32,597 nt of DNA from a virus. Taxonomy: Duplodnaviria; Caudoviricetes. The position numbers and the translations under genes are program-made. Positions 7,586 to 16,441 of this stretch are shown here, piece after piece; position 1 is the stretch's first letter, and the number at the start of each line of letters is the position of its first letter. The notes beneath the pieces were generated by a model. It saw only the letters and a list, made by a program, of their open reading frames with translations, searched no databases and was not told the DNA's origin. The stretch spans positions 1 to 32,597 of IMG/VR virus record IMGVR_UViG_3300005758_000413; one strand, written 5' to 3'.

Positions 7586-8733
7586 CAGCACACGCCAAAC
7601 TCTCACCATCGTCAGCGCATCGCTGGCTGATGTGCCCGGGCAGCATCGAAGCCAACGCCGACAAGCCCTGGGAACAAAACATCTACGCACTGGAGGGCAC
7701 CACTGCGCACGCCCTTCTTGAAACGTGCTTGCGCTTGGACACGGGGCCGGAAGACTTTCTTGGCCAAGTGCTTGACGAGCAACTGTTGCCCATCGATGAA
7801 GACATGGTGGACGCCGTTGGCTACGCGCTGGACTACGTCAAGGGCTATCTGGCCAACAACCCCAAAGCCACAATCCGCATCGAGAAGCCCGTGTACCCCG
7901 GCAAGCTGCTCGGCACCGACACGAAGACCATCTGGGGCACGCCCGATATTCAGTTGGACAATTACCCCGCCGAACTGGTGACGATTGACTACAAACACGG
8001 GGTCGGTAAGGCCGTGAGCGTGAAGGACAACCCGCAGATCAAGATCTACCATATCGGGGGCCGTGCGTTGCGTGGCAAATACCGAAGATATCGATCTGTC
8101 GTGGTGCAACCCCGTCTTCCAAAGCGCCGCCCCGTGCAGGAAGCGCCCGCCATCACGGATGACCAGTTGATGCACTGGGCTGACACGGTGGTGCGACCCG
8201 TTATCCCGATCGCATTGGCCGGGGATGCACCCCGCAAGGCTGGGGACTGGTGCCACTACTGCCACGCCTCGGGCCGTTGCCCTGCGCAACTCAAACAGAC
8301 GTTTGACCGTGCCGCCAAAGAGTTTGGAAAGGTGCAGAAGTCCCCAAAGCTGGTCACCCCCGCTGAACTGTCCAGCTACCTGGATCAAGTGCCGATGGTG
8401 CTTGAAGCTGTCAAGGCGTTGCAAGAGCACGCCACCACGGCCATTCATGCGGGGGTAAAGATCCCGGGTTACGTGCCCGAGTGGTCGGTGGCTCGCCGTA
8501 TCTGGCTGGATGAAGAAAAGGCCAACGCCAAGCTCAAGAAACTGGGTCTGGAAACGAAGGAACGCTACGAGGTGAAGCTGCTGAGCCCCAGCAAGGCAGA
8601 AACCGCGCTGCGGGCCAAGGGCGTGATCGCACCAAAGAAGCGGGGCCAGCCACGCCAGCCCAGCCCGTTGGAAGACGTTATCGCGTACACCGAGCAATCA
8701 CCCACCATCGGAAAAGCCCCCGACAGGCTATGA
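7582..8733 (+). CDS. DUF2800 Cas4/RecB-like PD-(D/E)xK exonuclease
   Basis: HAKLSPSSAHRWLMCPGS, EGT.AH, WGTPD, IDYKHG.G, NPQ..IY, WCHYC.....CPA (Fe-S-type cysteines). Confidence 0.92.
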   Translation: MTAHAKLSPSSAHRWLMCPGSIEANADKPWEQNIYALEGTTAHALLETCLRLDTGPEDFLGQVLDEQLLPIDEDMVDAVGYALDYVKGYLANNPKATIRIEKPVYPGKLLGTDTKTIWGTPDIQLDNYPAELVTIDYKHGVGKAVSVKDNPQIKIYHIGGRALRGKYRRYRSVVVQPRLPKRRPVQEAPAITDDQLMHWADTVVRPVIPIALAGDAPRKAGDWCHYCHASGRCPAQLKQTFDRAAKEFGKVQKSPKLVTPAELSSYLDQVPMVLEAVKALQEHATTAIHAGVKIPGYVPEWSVARRIWLDEEKANAKLKKLGLETKERYEVKLLSPSKAETALRAKGVIAPKKRGQPRQPSPLEDVIAYTEQSPTIGKAPDRL

Positions 8734-8815
8734 TTGTCGCCCGGCCTCGCAAGGGCCGGGTCTATTGAGTAATCAACGGAACATAAACTGGAACATCAAC
8801 TGAAAGGAGCCATCC

Positions 8816-9421
8816 ATGGCCACTAAAAAGCGCGTCTCGCTTAAGACACCCGAGGGCACTGCCTGTTTCGCAAACGTATTTGAGGCTCGTGCCCGCAAGG
8901 ATGCCAAAGGCAACCCCAAAGGCGACCCCAAGTTTTCCATACTGCTGGTGTTCGATCGTGGCACTGACTTGTCAGAAATGGAAGAGGCTATCGAAGCCGC
9001 AGCCGTTGAAAAGTTTGGCAGCAAAGCCGCCGCCATGCTGGCCAACGGCAAGCTCCACAATCCCCTGCGTGAAGCCTCCGACTACGACGAGCACGGCAAA
9101 CCGTTCACCAACAAGGGCGCGATGATGGCCGCATTCAAGTCCACCGATCAGCCCGGTGTGGTCGATGAGGATGCCGAGCCGCTCATGTCCAAGACAGAGT
9201 TCTACTCTGGTTGCCGTGCCCGTGTGTCGTATCGTGTGTACGCCTACGACAACGAGTCCAAGGGCGTGGGCCTTGCACTGGTCAACGTGCAGAAGCTGGG
9301 CGACGGTGAGCGCTTGTCGGGCAACCCTAGCGCCGAGGATGACTTTGCCGATGCCCCAAAGGCCAAAGCGAAGCCCGCACGCCGCAGCCGCGATGACGAT
9401 GACGAGGATGATCTGCTGTAA
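8816..9421 (+). CDS. DUF2815 single-stranded DNA-binding protein
   Basis: FANVF, PKFS.LL, FYSGC.AR.S...YAY...KGV...L.NVQKL.DGERLSG, acidic tail; lies between DUF2800 and PolA. Confidence 0.92.
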   Translation: MATKKRVSLKTPEGTACFANVFEARARKDAKGNPKGDPKFSILLVFDRGTDLSEMEEAIEAAAVEKFGSKAAAMLANGKLHNPLREASDYDEHGKPFTNKGAMMAAFKSTDQPGVVDEDAEPLMSKTEFYSGCRARVSYRVYAYDNESKGVGLALVNVQKLGDGERLSGNPSAEDDFADAPKAKAKPARRSRDDDDEDDLL

Positions 9422-9487
9422 GCTATCATTCACGCCGCCCCGGTAGAACGCCGGGGTGTTTCAAAAACCTTTTCCGGAGCACTCCAA

Positions 9488-9967
9488 ATGACCAAAGCAA
9501 ACGACATCGACGATCTGTTGGGCGACGACGCACCTGCGACCAAAGCCCCCGCCAAGAAAGCCGCAGCCAAGGCACCCGCCAAAGCCGCAGCCAAGGCACC
9601 CACCAAAGCCGCCCCCGCGAAGAAAGCCGTAGCTGACAAGGCCGAAAAGCCCGCAGCCAAAGCCACCCCCGCCAAGGCACCCGCCAAAGCCGCAGCCCCT
9701 GCCAAGGCTGAAAAAGCCGCCAAGGCTGACAAGCCCGCCAAAGTGCGCGAGCCAGTGGAGTTCGAAGACGGTGAAAAGGAAGCGCTGATGAAGCGTGTCC
9801 CCAAGCTGCTGAAGAACCCCATCAACTCCAAGGACCTTGCCGCCAAGATGGAAATCTCCACCCGCAAGCTGCGTCGCGTGCTGTACTCGCTGGAGCGTAC
9901 CGGGGCCATCACCCTCAAGTTGGGCGCAAGCCGCACCGAGGGCATGACGGTAGCCGCAGCGGCCTGA
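9488..9967 (+). CDS. Histone H1-like (PAKAAAK repeats) DNA-binding protein with C-terminal winged-helix-like domain
   Basis: About 70 aa of K/A/P repeats, then INSKDLAAKMEISTRKLRRVLYSLERTGAI. Confidence 0.8.
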   Translation: MTKANDIDDLLGDDAPATKAPAKKAAAKAPAKAAAKAPTKAAPAKKAVADKAEKPAAKATPAKAPAKAAAPAKAEKAAKADKPAKVREPVEFEDGEKEALMKRVPKLLKNPINSKDLAAKMEISTRKLRRVLYSLERTGAITLKLGASRTEGMTVAAAA

Positions 9968-9992
9968 GCCTAACGCTGGCCCCTCAACCCGT

Positions 9993-10027
9993 GCCCCTGT
10001 CGGCCAAATCGGTCGCAGGGGCTTTTT
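9993..10027 (+). terminator. Rho-independent terminator
   Basis: GCCCCTG...CAGGGGC followed by TTTTT. Confidence 0.7.
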
Positions 10028-10058
10028 GTTGACTGTCACCTCGGCTACCCCCTCAACT

Positions 10059-12044
10059 ATGACTAAAAACGCCCTACATCTCGACTACGAAACGTTCAGC
10101 GCGTGCCCCATTGCCAAGTCAGGGGCGTACCGTTACGCACGCCACCAGACCACGGAAGTGCTCATTGCCTCGTACTGGTTGCCGGAAATGGACCCCGACC
10201 TGGACAAGCCGTTGGTCTGGTTGCCCCGCACCCAAAAACCCCCGCGCGACTTGTTGGCCGCAGCCCGGGACAAGGCCATTGAGTTTTGGGCTCATAACGC
10301 TCAGTTTGAACGCGCCGTGTCCACGTGGGCACTGCGACGCATGTACCCCGGGTTCCCAGAGATAGCCATTGAGCGCTGGATGTGTACGGCTGCGCTCGCG
10401 GCCGCGAACGGACTGGCCCGCAACCTGGACACCGCCTTGCAGATGCTGGGCACGGGTGTCGGCAAAGACCCAGAAGGCAAACGGCTCATCAAGAAGTTTT
10501 GCATCCCGCGCAAGCCCACCAAGAACGACCCACGGACGCGCATCTTGCCCGAGGATGACCCAGCCGACTTTGACAAGTTCGTGCGCTACTGCCAACAAGA
10601 CGTCCTCGGTGAACTGGAGCTCCACACGCACCTTCCACCCATGCACCCCGAAGAGCGCCGTTTCTTCCATCTGGACATGCACATGAACGAGCGCGGCTTG
10701 CCGATTGACTTGCCGTTGGTGCGTAAGACATACGACGTGCTCCAGGTGTTGGAAAAGAACATCCATGACGAGGTGGCCAAGCTCACCGGGGGCATCAAGG
10801 CCACGCAACGGGAAAAGATGCTTGCCGTGTTTGCGGGCATGGGCATTGACCTGGAAAACATCCGGGCGCAAACCGTGCGTGATGAACTGGCCAACAACAA
10901 AGACCTCAGCGAGGATGCCCGTCGTTTGCTTCAGTTGCGCGTTGAGGCGGGCAAGGCGTCCACCAAAAAGCTGGTCTCGATGCTGGCCTGCACCGACCCT
11001 GACGACCACGTTGTCCAAGGCGGGTTCCTGTTCCATGGGGCGCATACGGGCCGATACGCTGGCCGACTGGTGCAGCCGCAGAACTTTATCCGTGGGTCGC
11101 TCAAGCCGCACCAACAAGACACGGTCTTTGACTTGCTTGACATGGCCGACCCGGACATCATGGCCATGCTGTACGACTGGCCCATTGACACCATCAGTCA
11201 GTGCATGCGGGGCTTCATGCGTGCCCCGGAGGGCCAACGCTGGGTCGTGGTTGACTACACGGCGATTGAGGCCCGTGTGCTGGCATGGGTGGCCAACGAG
11301 GTGCGAGTGCTGGAGGCGTACCGCAAGGGCGTTGACGTCTACAAGATGATGGCGTCCAGTTTGTTCAGCATCCCAATCGAGAAGGTGGATAGCGAGCAAC
11401 GCCGCCTCGGCAAGAACTTGGTGCTCGGTTGCGGGTACTCGCTGGGCGGGGCACGGTTCGTCGAATACTGCGCCGGACTTGGCCAAGTGGTGGATCCAGC
11501 ATTCGCCGTGAAGGCCGTGAAGATGTACCGTGATCAGCACAAAGGCATCGTGAGCCTCTGGAAAGAAGTTGAGGACGCCGCCGCTGAGGCTATCCGTAGC
11601 CCGGGCAAGCGAACCGAGGTGGCCCGCTGCACGATGTTCATGCGCGAGCATTGGTTCTGCATCCAGTTGCCAAGCGGGCGCGAAATCCGCTACGCCAAAG
11701 CACGGGCCACGCCCGTTGAGCGCTGGGGCAAGCCCGGGTTCCAGATCAGTTTCATGACAGAGTTCCACGGTAAGGTCGTGCGCGAAACAACCTACGGGGG
11801 CAAGCTGGTTGAGAACATCGTGCAAGGTATAGCCCGTGACGTGATGCGTGAGGGCATGTTCAGCGCCGAAGAGGCCGGGTATCCGTGTCACGGTACAGTC
11901 CATGACGAATTGCTCACACTGCGCCAGCATGGCGAGGGCAGTCATCACGAGCTCGAGAAGATTGTCTGCACCTTGCCCAAATGGACACGGGGCATCCCAC
12001 TCAATGCGGAGGGCTTCGAATGCGTGCGCTATCGCAAGGGTTGA
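10059..12044 (+). CDS. polA: Family A DNA polymerase with 3'-5' exonuclease domain
   Basis: Exonuclease motifs LDYET, AHNAQFER, YC.QDV; HTGRYAG; motif A DYTAIEAR; motif B R..GKNLVLG.GY; motif C VHDE. Confidence 0.96.
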   Translation: MTKNALHLDYETFSACPIAKSGAYRYARHQTTEVLIASYWLPEMDPDLDKPLVWLPRTQKPPRDLLAAARDKAIEFWAHNAQFERAVSTWALRRMYPGFPEIAIERWMCTAALAAANGLARNLDTALQMLGTGVGKDPEGKRLIKKFCIPRKPTKNDPRTRILPEDDPADFDKFVRYCQQDVLGELELHTHLPPMHPEERRFFHLDMHMNERGLPIDLPLVRKTYDVLQVLEKNIHDEVAKLTGGIKATQREKMLAVFAGMGIDLENIRAQTVRDELANNKDLSEDARRLLQLRVEAGKASTKKLVSMLACTDPDDHVVQGGFLFHGAHTGRYAGRLVQPQNFIRGSLKPHQQDTVFDLLDMADPDIMAMLYDWPIDTISQCMRGFMRAPEGQRWVVVDYTAIEARVLAWVANEVRVLEAYRKGVDVYKMMASSLFSIPIEKVDSEQRRLGKNLVLGCGYSLGGARFVEYCAGLGQVVDPAFAVKAVKMYRDQHKGIVSLWKEVEDAAAEAIRSPGKRTEVARCTMFMREHWFCIQLPSGREIRYAKARATPVERWGKPGFQISFMTEFHGKVVRETTYGGKLVENIVQGIARDVMREGMFSAEEAGYPCHGTVHDELLTLRQHGEGSHHELEKIVCTLPKWTRGIPLNAEGFECVRYRKG

Positions 12045-12337
12045 AGCTGCGCCTGCAGACCGAAGACACGGTTGAAAAGCACTTGCGCAAGCGGGTCAAG
12101 AAGATGCGAGGGCTTTGCATCAAGATCCGTTTGTTGCCCGGGTGGCCTGACCGCTTGGTGTTCCTGCACGGGGGCATCTTGGTCTTCTTCGAGCTCAAGC
12201 GGCCCAAAGGGGGGAAGTTTGAACCACGACAACCGCGCGTTCATAAGATGCTGCGCGAGTTCGGATTTGCCGTGTACGTGGCCAACACCAAAGAATTGAT
12301 TGACGAAATACTGGACACCCACTATGCTCAACCGTGA
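12041..12337 (+). CDS. VRR-NUC domain nuclease
   Basis: E..VE..L...VK...GLC.K....GWPDRL......FFELK.P.G; sits between PolA and SNF2. Start uncertain (TTG 12041). Confidence 0.88.
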   Translation: MKLRLQTEDTVEKHLRKRVKKMRGLCIKIRLLPGWPDRLVFLHGGILVFFELKRPKGGKFEPRQPRVHKMLREFGFAVYVANTKELIDEILDTHYAQP

Positions 12338-13742
12338 CAACCTGCGCAACTATCAGCGCCGCGCATACACGTTCATCAAGCGCAACCCGCAGTCCGGCCT
12401 CTTTCTGGACATGGGCCTCGGCAAGACCGTGAGCACACTTACCGCTTTGACAGATCTATTCGAGAGCGGGGACGTGCGCCGTGTGTTGCTGGTCGCGCCG
12501 CTCAAGGTGGTTCAAGGCGTGTGGGCGCAAGAGGCCAAGAAGTGGGCACACACGAAACACCTGACGTTCAAGCTGATACACGGTGACGAGCGCCAACGCC
12601 TGCAAGCGTTGCAAAGCACGGCCGATGTTCACCTGATCAACGTGGAAAACCTGCGATGGTTGCTGTACGTGCTGAAGAACGCCGCCAAGCGCAAGAACTT
12701 CCAATGGCCGTATGACACGCTCATCATTGATGAGTCATCGTTGTTCAAGTCGCCAAGCGCCAAACGGTTCGTCACGTTGCGCCACACGCTCAACCGCTTT
12801 GAGCGCCGTCACATCCTAACGGGCACGCCCAGCCCAAACGGGTTGATGGATCTGTGGTCGCAGTTGTTCATCGTGGACAAGGGCCAACGCCTCGGCGAGA
12901 ACGTCAAACGCTACCGTGAGCGCTTTTTCAACTCGGCCGGGTACATGGGATATTCTTACGAGCCAGTGGCCGAGGCCAAAGAAAAGATCGCGGAGCTCAT
13001 AAGCCCGGTCATCCTCACCATGCGTGCCGAAGACTGGTTGGAACTGCCCCCGCTCATCAAGGACGAGGTCTGGGTTGACCTGCCCGCACCCGCCCGCAAG
13101 ATGTACGACAAAATGGAACGTGAGATGTTCCTGGAACTGGAGCAAGGCACCGCCGAGGCTGCGCACGCCGCAAGCGTGACGGCCAAGTGCCACCAGATAG
13201 CGAACGGAGCGCTCTTCCTCGAGGACAGCCGTGGTGACAAGGTGTGGCAAGCCGTGCACGAAGCCAAGCTGGAAGCCCTGCAAGAGATCTTGGAAGGCAC
13301 GGGGTCAAACGCATTGGTCGCGTATTACTTCAAACATGACCTGGAGCGCCTGCGCAAAGCGTTTCCCAAAGCGCCCGTCATCAAGGACGCCAAGAATCAG
13401 GCGCAGTTGGACAAGATGCAAAACGAGTGGAACGCTGGCGAGCATCGCGTGATGCTTATCCACCCGCAAGGTGCAGGCCACGGGCTCAACCTGCAAGACG
13501 GTGGTCACTTGCTTGTCTTCTACTCCATGCTCTTTGGTCATGAGCCGTATCGGCAAGTGATTGAGCGCATTGGCCCCGCACGCCAAGTCGGCAAGGCGAA
13601 GCGGGTGCTGGTGAAGCATATCCTGGCCCGCGACACGGTTGACGAGGCTCTTCTTGCATCTCAGCGAAGAAAGTTTGATGATGAGCGGGGTTTTATTGCA
13701 TCATTGCACGAGTACCGTCAGATCAAGGAGATGCTGGGATGA
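12324..13742 (+). CDS. SNF2-family (SF2) helicase
   Basis: LRNYQ, LDMGLGKT, IIDESS, LTGTPSPN, GHGLNLQ. Confidence 0.93.
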   Translation: MLNRDNLRNYQRRAYTFIKRNPQSGLFLDMGLGKTVSTLTALTDLFESGDVRRVLLVAPLKVVQGVWAQEAKKWAHTKHLTFKLIHGDERQRLQALQSTADVHLINVENLRWLLYVLKNAAKRKNFQWPYDTLIIDESSLFKSPSAKRFVTLRHTLNRFERRHILTGTPSPNGLMDLWSQLFIVDKGQRLGENVKRYRERFFNSAGYMGYSYEPVAEAKEKIAELISPVILTMRAEDWLELPPLIKDEVWVDLPAPARKMYDKMEREMFLELEQGTAEAAHAASVTAKCHQIANGALFLEDSRGDKVWQAVHEAKLEALQEILEGTGSNALVAYYFKHDLERLRKAFPKAPVIKDAKNQAQLDKMQNEWNAGEHRVMLIHPQGAGHGLNLQDGGHLLVFYSMLFGHEPYRQVIERIGPARQVGKAKRVLVKHILARDTVDEALLASQRRKFDDERGFIASLHEYRQIKEMLG

Positions 13743-14332
13743 ACATTTATTATCTGTTGCGCAAAGGTGAAGACCCCGCCCGCGAGTTGGACAACTTGTA
13801 CGGGGAGTCACACCGAATCCGTGTGCTGCGCAACTTCTACGAAGCCCGTGAGCGTGCATTCGCGCACGCGCATGAGACCGGGGTGCGTCACTGCCTGATA
13901 ATCGCGGGCAAGGCTGACCCCCGTTGGATGCACTGGCCCAGCACGGCCAAAACCCGGTCACTGTCGCTGGCCAGCATGGCAAACCCCGAGCCCCGGCATG
14001 ACCACGCCTTGCTCCTGTATGCGCGTCGCTTGCTGCGTCAGCACGCCTCCGCCGTGGTCGTGCCGCCGCTGGGTGCGTTGCCGCAGATGCGCCGGGGCTG
14101 GGAAGAGAACATGCCACTCGCTCCCGTGGTGGCTGCGTACCGAGTGCCCTCCGTGATGGCCGTTGACCACACGGGGCCGGGGCTGGAGTACAATCTCGTG
14201 AGCAACGGTTGCCGAGTGCTGGCCCTGAGTGACTTTGGGCACCGCATGACGGGCGAGCCGTTGCTGGACACTTACGGAAGCGCAATCAAATGGAAACGGG
14301 CATATGAGCACACTCAAAAGACTCTCTTCTAA
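13739..14332 (+). CDS. Highly diverged TET/JBP-associated glycosyltransferase (TAGT)-like protein, apparently lacking catalytic acids
   Basis: Resembles TAGT segments R....HA...G....II, EN......AYR, L...G...L and terminal I.WKRAY, but DDD is replaced by AGK and no ED motif is seen. First gene of the modification cluster. Confidence 0.5.
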   Translation: MNIYYLLRKGEDPARELDNLYGESHRIRVLRNFYEARERAFAHAHETGVRHCLIIAGKADPRWMHWPSTAKTRSLSLASMANPEPRHDHALLLYARRLLRQHASAVVVPPLGALPQMRRGWEENMPLAPVVAAYRVPSVMAVDHTGPGLEYNLVSNGCRVLALSDFGHRMTGEPLLDTYGSAIKWKRAYEHTQKTLF

Positions 14333-14900
14333 ACTGGTCTACATCCATGGCACCAACGGGAGCGGGAAAAGCACGCTGGCCCGTGCCCTGTTGGCCGCAG
14401 CCGCGCACCCCACGGGCATCGAACACCTCCCAGGCAACCCCAAAGCCTCCTGGACCAACACGGCCGGAGGTGTGGTGTTCATTGGCAAATATGGCAACGC
14501 CTGCGGGGGCGTAGATGGCCTTTCGCCCTATGCGTCGATCAAAGATATCGTCGGTATGCACGCTGACGAGGGCGGGGTAATGCTGGCCGAAGGGCTTGTC
14601 ACGCCGGGTCTGGCCACGTGCCAAGAGTTGGCCAACATGGTGAACACGCACCTGTTCATTCACTTGGACGTACCGTTGGAGGCGTGCGTGGCCAACGTGC
14701 TGACGCGCCGCAGCCGCAAGGGCACCGACAAGCCCTACGACACGGCAAACCTGATCAAGAAACGCGCATCCGCAGAAAGCTGGATCCGCCGTCTGGGCGA
14801 AGCTGGCCTCGCTGTTCAGATTTGTTCTTGGAATGAGGCATACTTGCGATGTCTGGAGTTCTTGGAACTGCAAGACTTTGACCACACTAATCTTCTATAA
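14304..14900 (+). CDS. P-loop nucleotide kinase of thymidine-hypermodification clusters
   Basis: HGTNGSGKST, IGKY..ACGGVD, AEG, LD.PLE.C..NV..RR; adjacent to the dUMP hydroxymethylase. Confidence 0.8.
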   Translation: MSTLKRLSSKLVYIHGTNGSGKSTLARALLAAAAHPTGIEHLPGNPKASWTNTAGGVVFIGKYGNACGGVDGLSPYASIKDIVGMHADEGGVMLAEGLVTPGLATCQELANMVNTHLFIHLDVPLEACVANVLTRRSRKGTDKPYDTANLIKKRASAESWIRRLGEAGLAVQICSWNEAYLRCLEFLELQDFDHTNLL

Positions 14901-14910
14901 GGAAACCACG

Positions 14911-16008
14911 ATGACACTCAAAACAATGCAAGACGCACCTCACGGCATGTACGGCTTCGGCCTGACCGTGCGCAACGTCAACGAGGCTTTGCCCCTTGGC
15001 CTGCAACTGGTGCAATCACACGGAGTACCCGTTACCTCGCGCGGGTTGGCCACGCTGGAAGTTCCAGGCCCAGTCACCACGATCTACCGCGCCCCTGAAG
15101 AGCGGGTGTTGTTCTGCCCCATCCGTGATGCAAACCCGTTCTTCCACTTCTTCGAGTCCTTGTGGATTCTTGCTGGTGCTCGCACGGTGCATCTGCCCCG
15201 CACGTTCCTGCAACGCATCGAAGATTATAGCGATGACGGCAAAGAGTTTCATGGGGCGTACGGCCATCGCCTGATGCACGCCTACGGGTTTGACCAGTTG
15301 GAAAAGGCTGGGGAGATCCTGGCCACGCGCCCCGACAGCCGTCAAGTCGTGTGCAGCATCTGGCATCCAACGCTGGACCTCGGTATGGCCACAAAGGACA
15401 CCCCCTGCAACGACATGATCATGTTCAAGGTGCGCGACGGCATGCTCAACATGACGGTGAACAACCGCTCCAACGACGTTATCTGGGGCGCATACGGGGC
15501 CAACGCCGTTCAGTTCAGCATCATCCAGGAGTACGTTGCCGCCCTTGCTGGCACGACCGTGGGTTACTACACGCAAGTGAGTGACTCGTATCACGTGTAC
15601 GTGGATAATCCACTCTGGCAGAAGTTCGCTTCGGGTCAATACATGCCGGAAGGCCACGTGGTCAACCCGTACAACATGGGCGACCTATCAGTAGCCCCGC
15701 GTCCTATGTTCCACGACCGTGCTGATGCGCTGGCATGCCGTGCGGATGCGCAGTTGCTGAACCAAATGGCGGAGAAGGGCGTTATCCATCACGCGCCTGT
15801 CGCCTGGATGAACAAAAAGTTCACCTCCTCGTTGTTCAACGATGTGGCCATCCCCATGCTCTTGGCTTTCTTCAATTACAAATCGGGTGACATGGACGGG
15901 GCGTGGCGCATGGCCAACGACAACATCAAAGCCCGCGACTGGGCCGCTGCGTGTGGCCAGTGGATCAGCCGCCGTGACCGTGCCCGCAAGGCAAAGGAGC
16001 AAGCATGA
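14911..16008 (+). CDS. Thymidylate synthase-superfamily dUMP hydroxymethyltransferase
   Basis: SRG, ERVLF...RDANPFFH.FE.LW.LAG, YSDDG..FHGAYG.R, catalytic KD.PCN, NRSND..WGAYGAN (Asn indicating dUMP specificity), S.H.Y. Confidence 0.9.
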   Translation: MTLKTMQDAPHGMYGFGLTVRNVNEALPLGLQLVQSHGVPVTSRGLATLEVPGPVTTIYRAPEERVLFCPIRDANPFFHFFESLWILAGARTVHLPRTFLQRIEDYSDDGKEFHGAYGHRLMHAYGFDQLEKAGEILATRPDSRQVVCSIWHPTLDLGMATKDTPCNDMIMFKVRDGMLNMTVNNRSNDVIWGAYGANAVQFSIIQEYVAALAGTTVGYYTQVSDSYHVYVDNPLWQKFASGQYMPEGHVVNPYNMGDLSVAPRPMFHDRADALACRADAQLLNQMAEKGVIHHAPVAWMNKKFTSSLFNDVAIPMLLAFFNYKSGDMDGAWRMANDNIKARDWAAACGQWISRRDRARKAKEQA

Positions 16009-16130
16009 AAAAGTTTCTAGAACTACTGGTCGGCGGGACGCTGGTCTGGGCCGTTGCGTGGATGGTGCTGGGCCTGTTGGCCAAAGTAACGGCATTCTTC
16101 TTCATGCTGGGCTGGGGGGCTGTCTTATGA
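16005..16130 (+). CDS. 41-aa membrane protein (not in the ORF track)
   Basis: AAGGAG RBS; ATGA overlaps at both ends; MKKFLELLVGGTLVWAVAWMVLGLLAKVTAFFFMLGWGAVL. Confidence 0.7.
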   Translation: MKKFLELLVGGTLVWAVAWMVLGLLAKVTAFFFMLGWGAVL

Positions 16131-16441
16131 ACTGCTGCGACTACGACTGCAATCAGGGACGCAACTGCCCCGCACGCAAAACCCCGGTCGCGGGGGCTGT
16201 CCCCAGCACGGGCGAAGGGTTCTGGCCACTGTTGTTCAAGCTGCGCACCCATGCACGCCCCGCCCCGCTTGACCCACGGACGTTTGAACCCGTTGCGTGG
16301 TGGTACGAGGTTGCATGCGGGGGGATGTCCCCCTACTTTGAGTGGAGGTTAACGAGCAACTTCGCCGACACGGAAGGAGCCCGCCGTGTGCGCCCCCTTA
16401 TCTTTGCCGAGCCCGGGTTTACGAAAGCGGACATCACATGA
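16127..16441 (+). CDS. Hypothetical protein with a Cys-rich N-terminus (MNCCDYDCNQGRNCPAR)
   Basis: ATGA-coupled on both sides. Confidence 0.7.
   Translation: MNCCDYDCNQGRNCPARKTPVAGAVPSTGEGFWPLLFKLRTHARPAPLDPRTFEPVAWWYEVACGGMSPYFEWRLTSNFADTEGARRVRPLIFAEPGFTKADIT

Noticed and set aside
10119-11948. 609-aa antisense ORF (also 7612-8697, 25216-26331, 1799-2614, 23524-24288)
   Set aside because: Shadow frames opposite well-supported genes, expected from GC-rich codon bias; no motifs or RBS.
14911-16008. Ordinary ThyA or a dCMP hydroxymethylase
   Set aside because: The RDANPFFH and WGAYGAN signatures, Asn at the specificity position and linkage to a 5hmdU DNA kinase indicate a dUMP hydroxymethylase.
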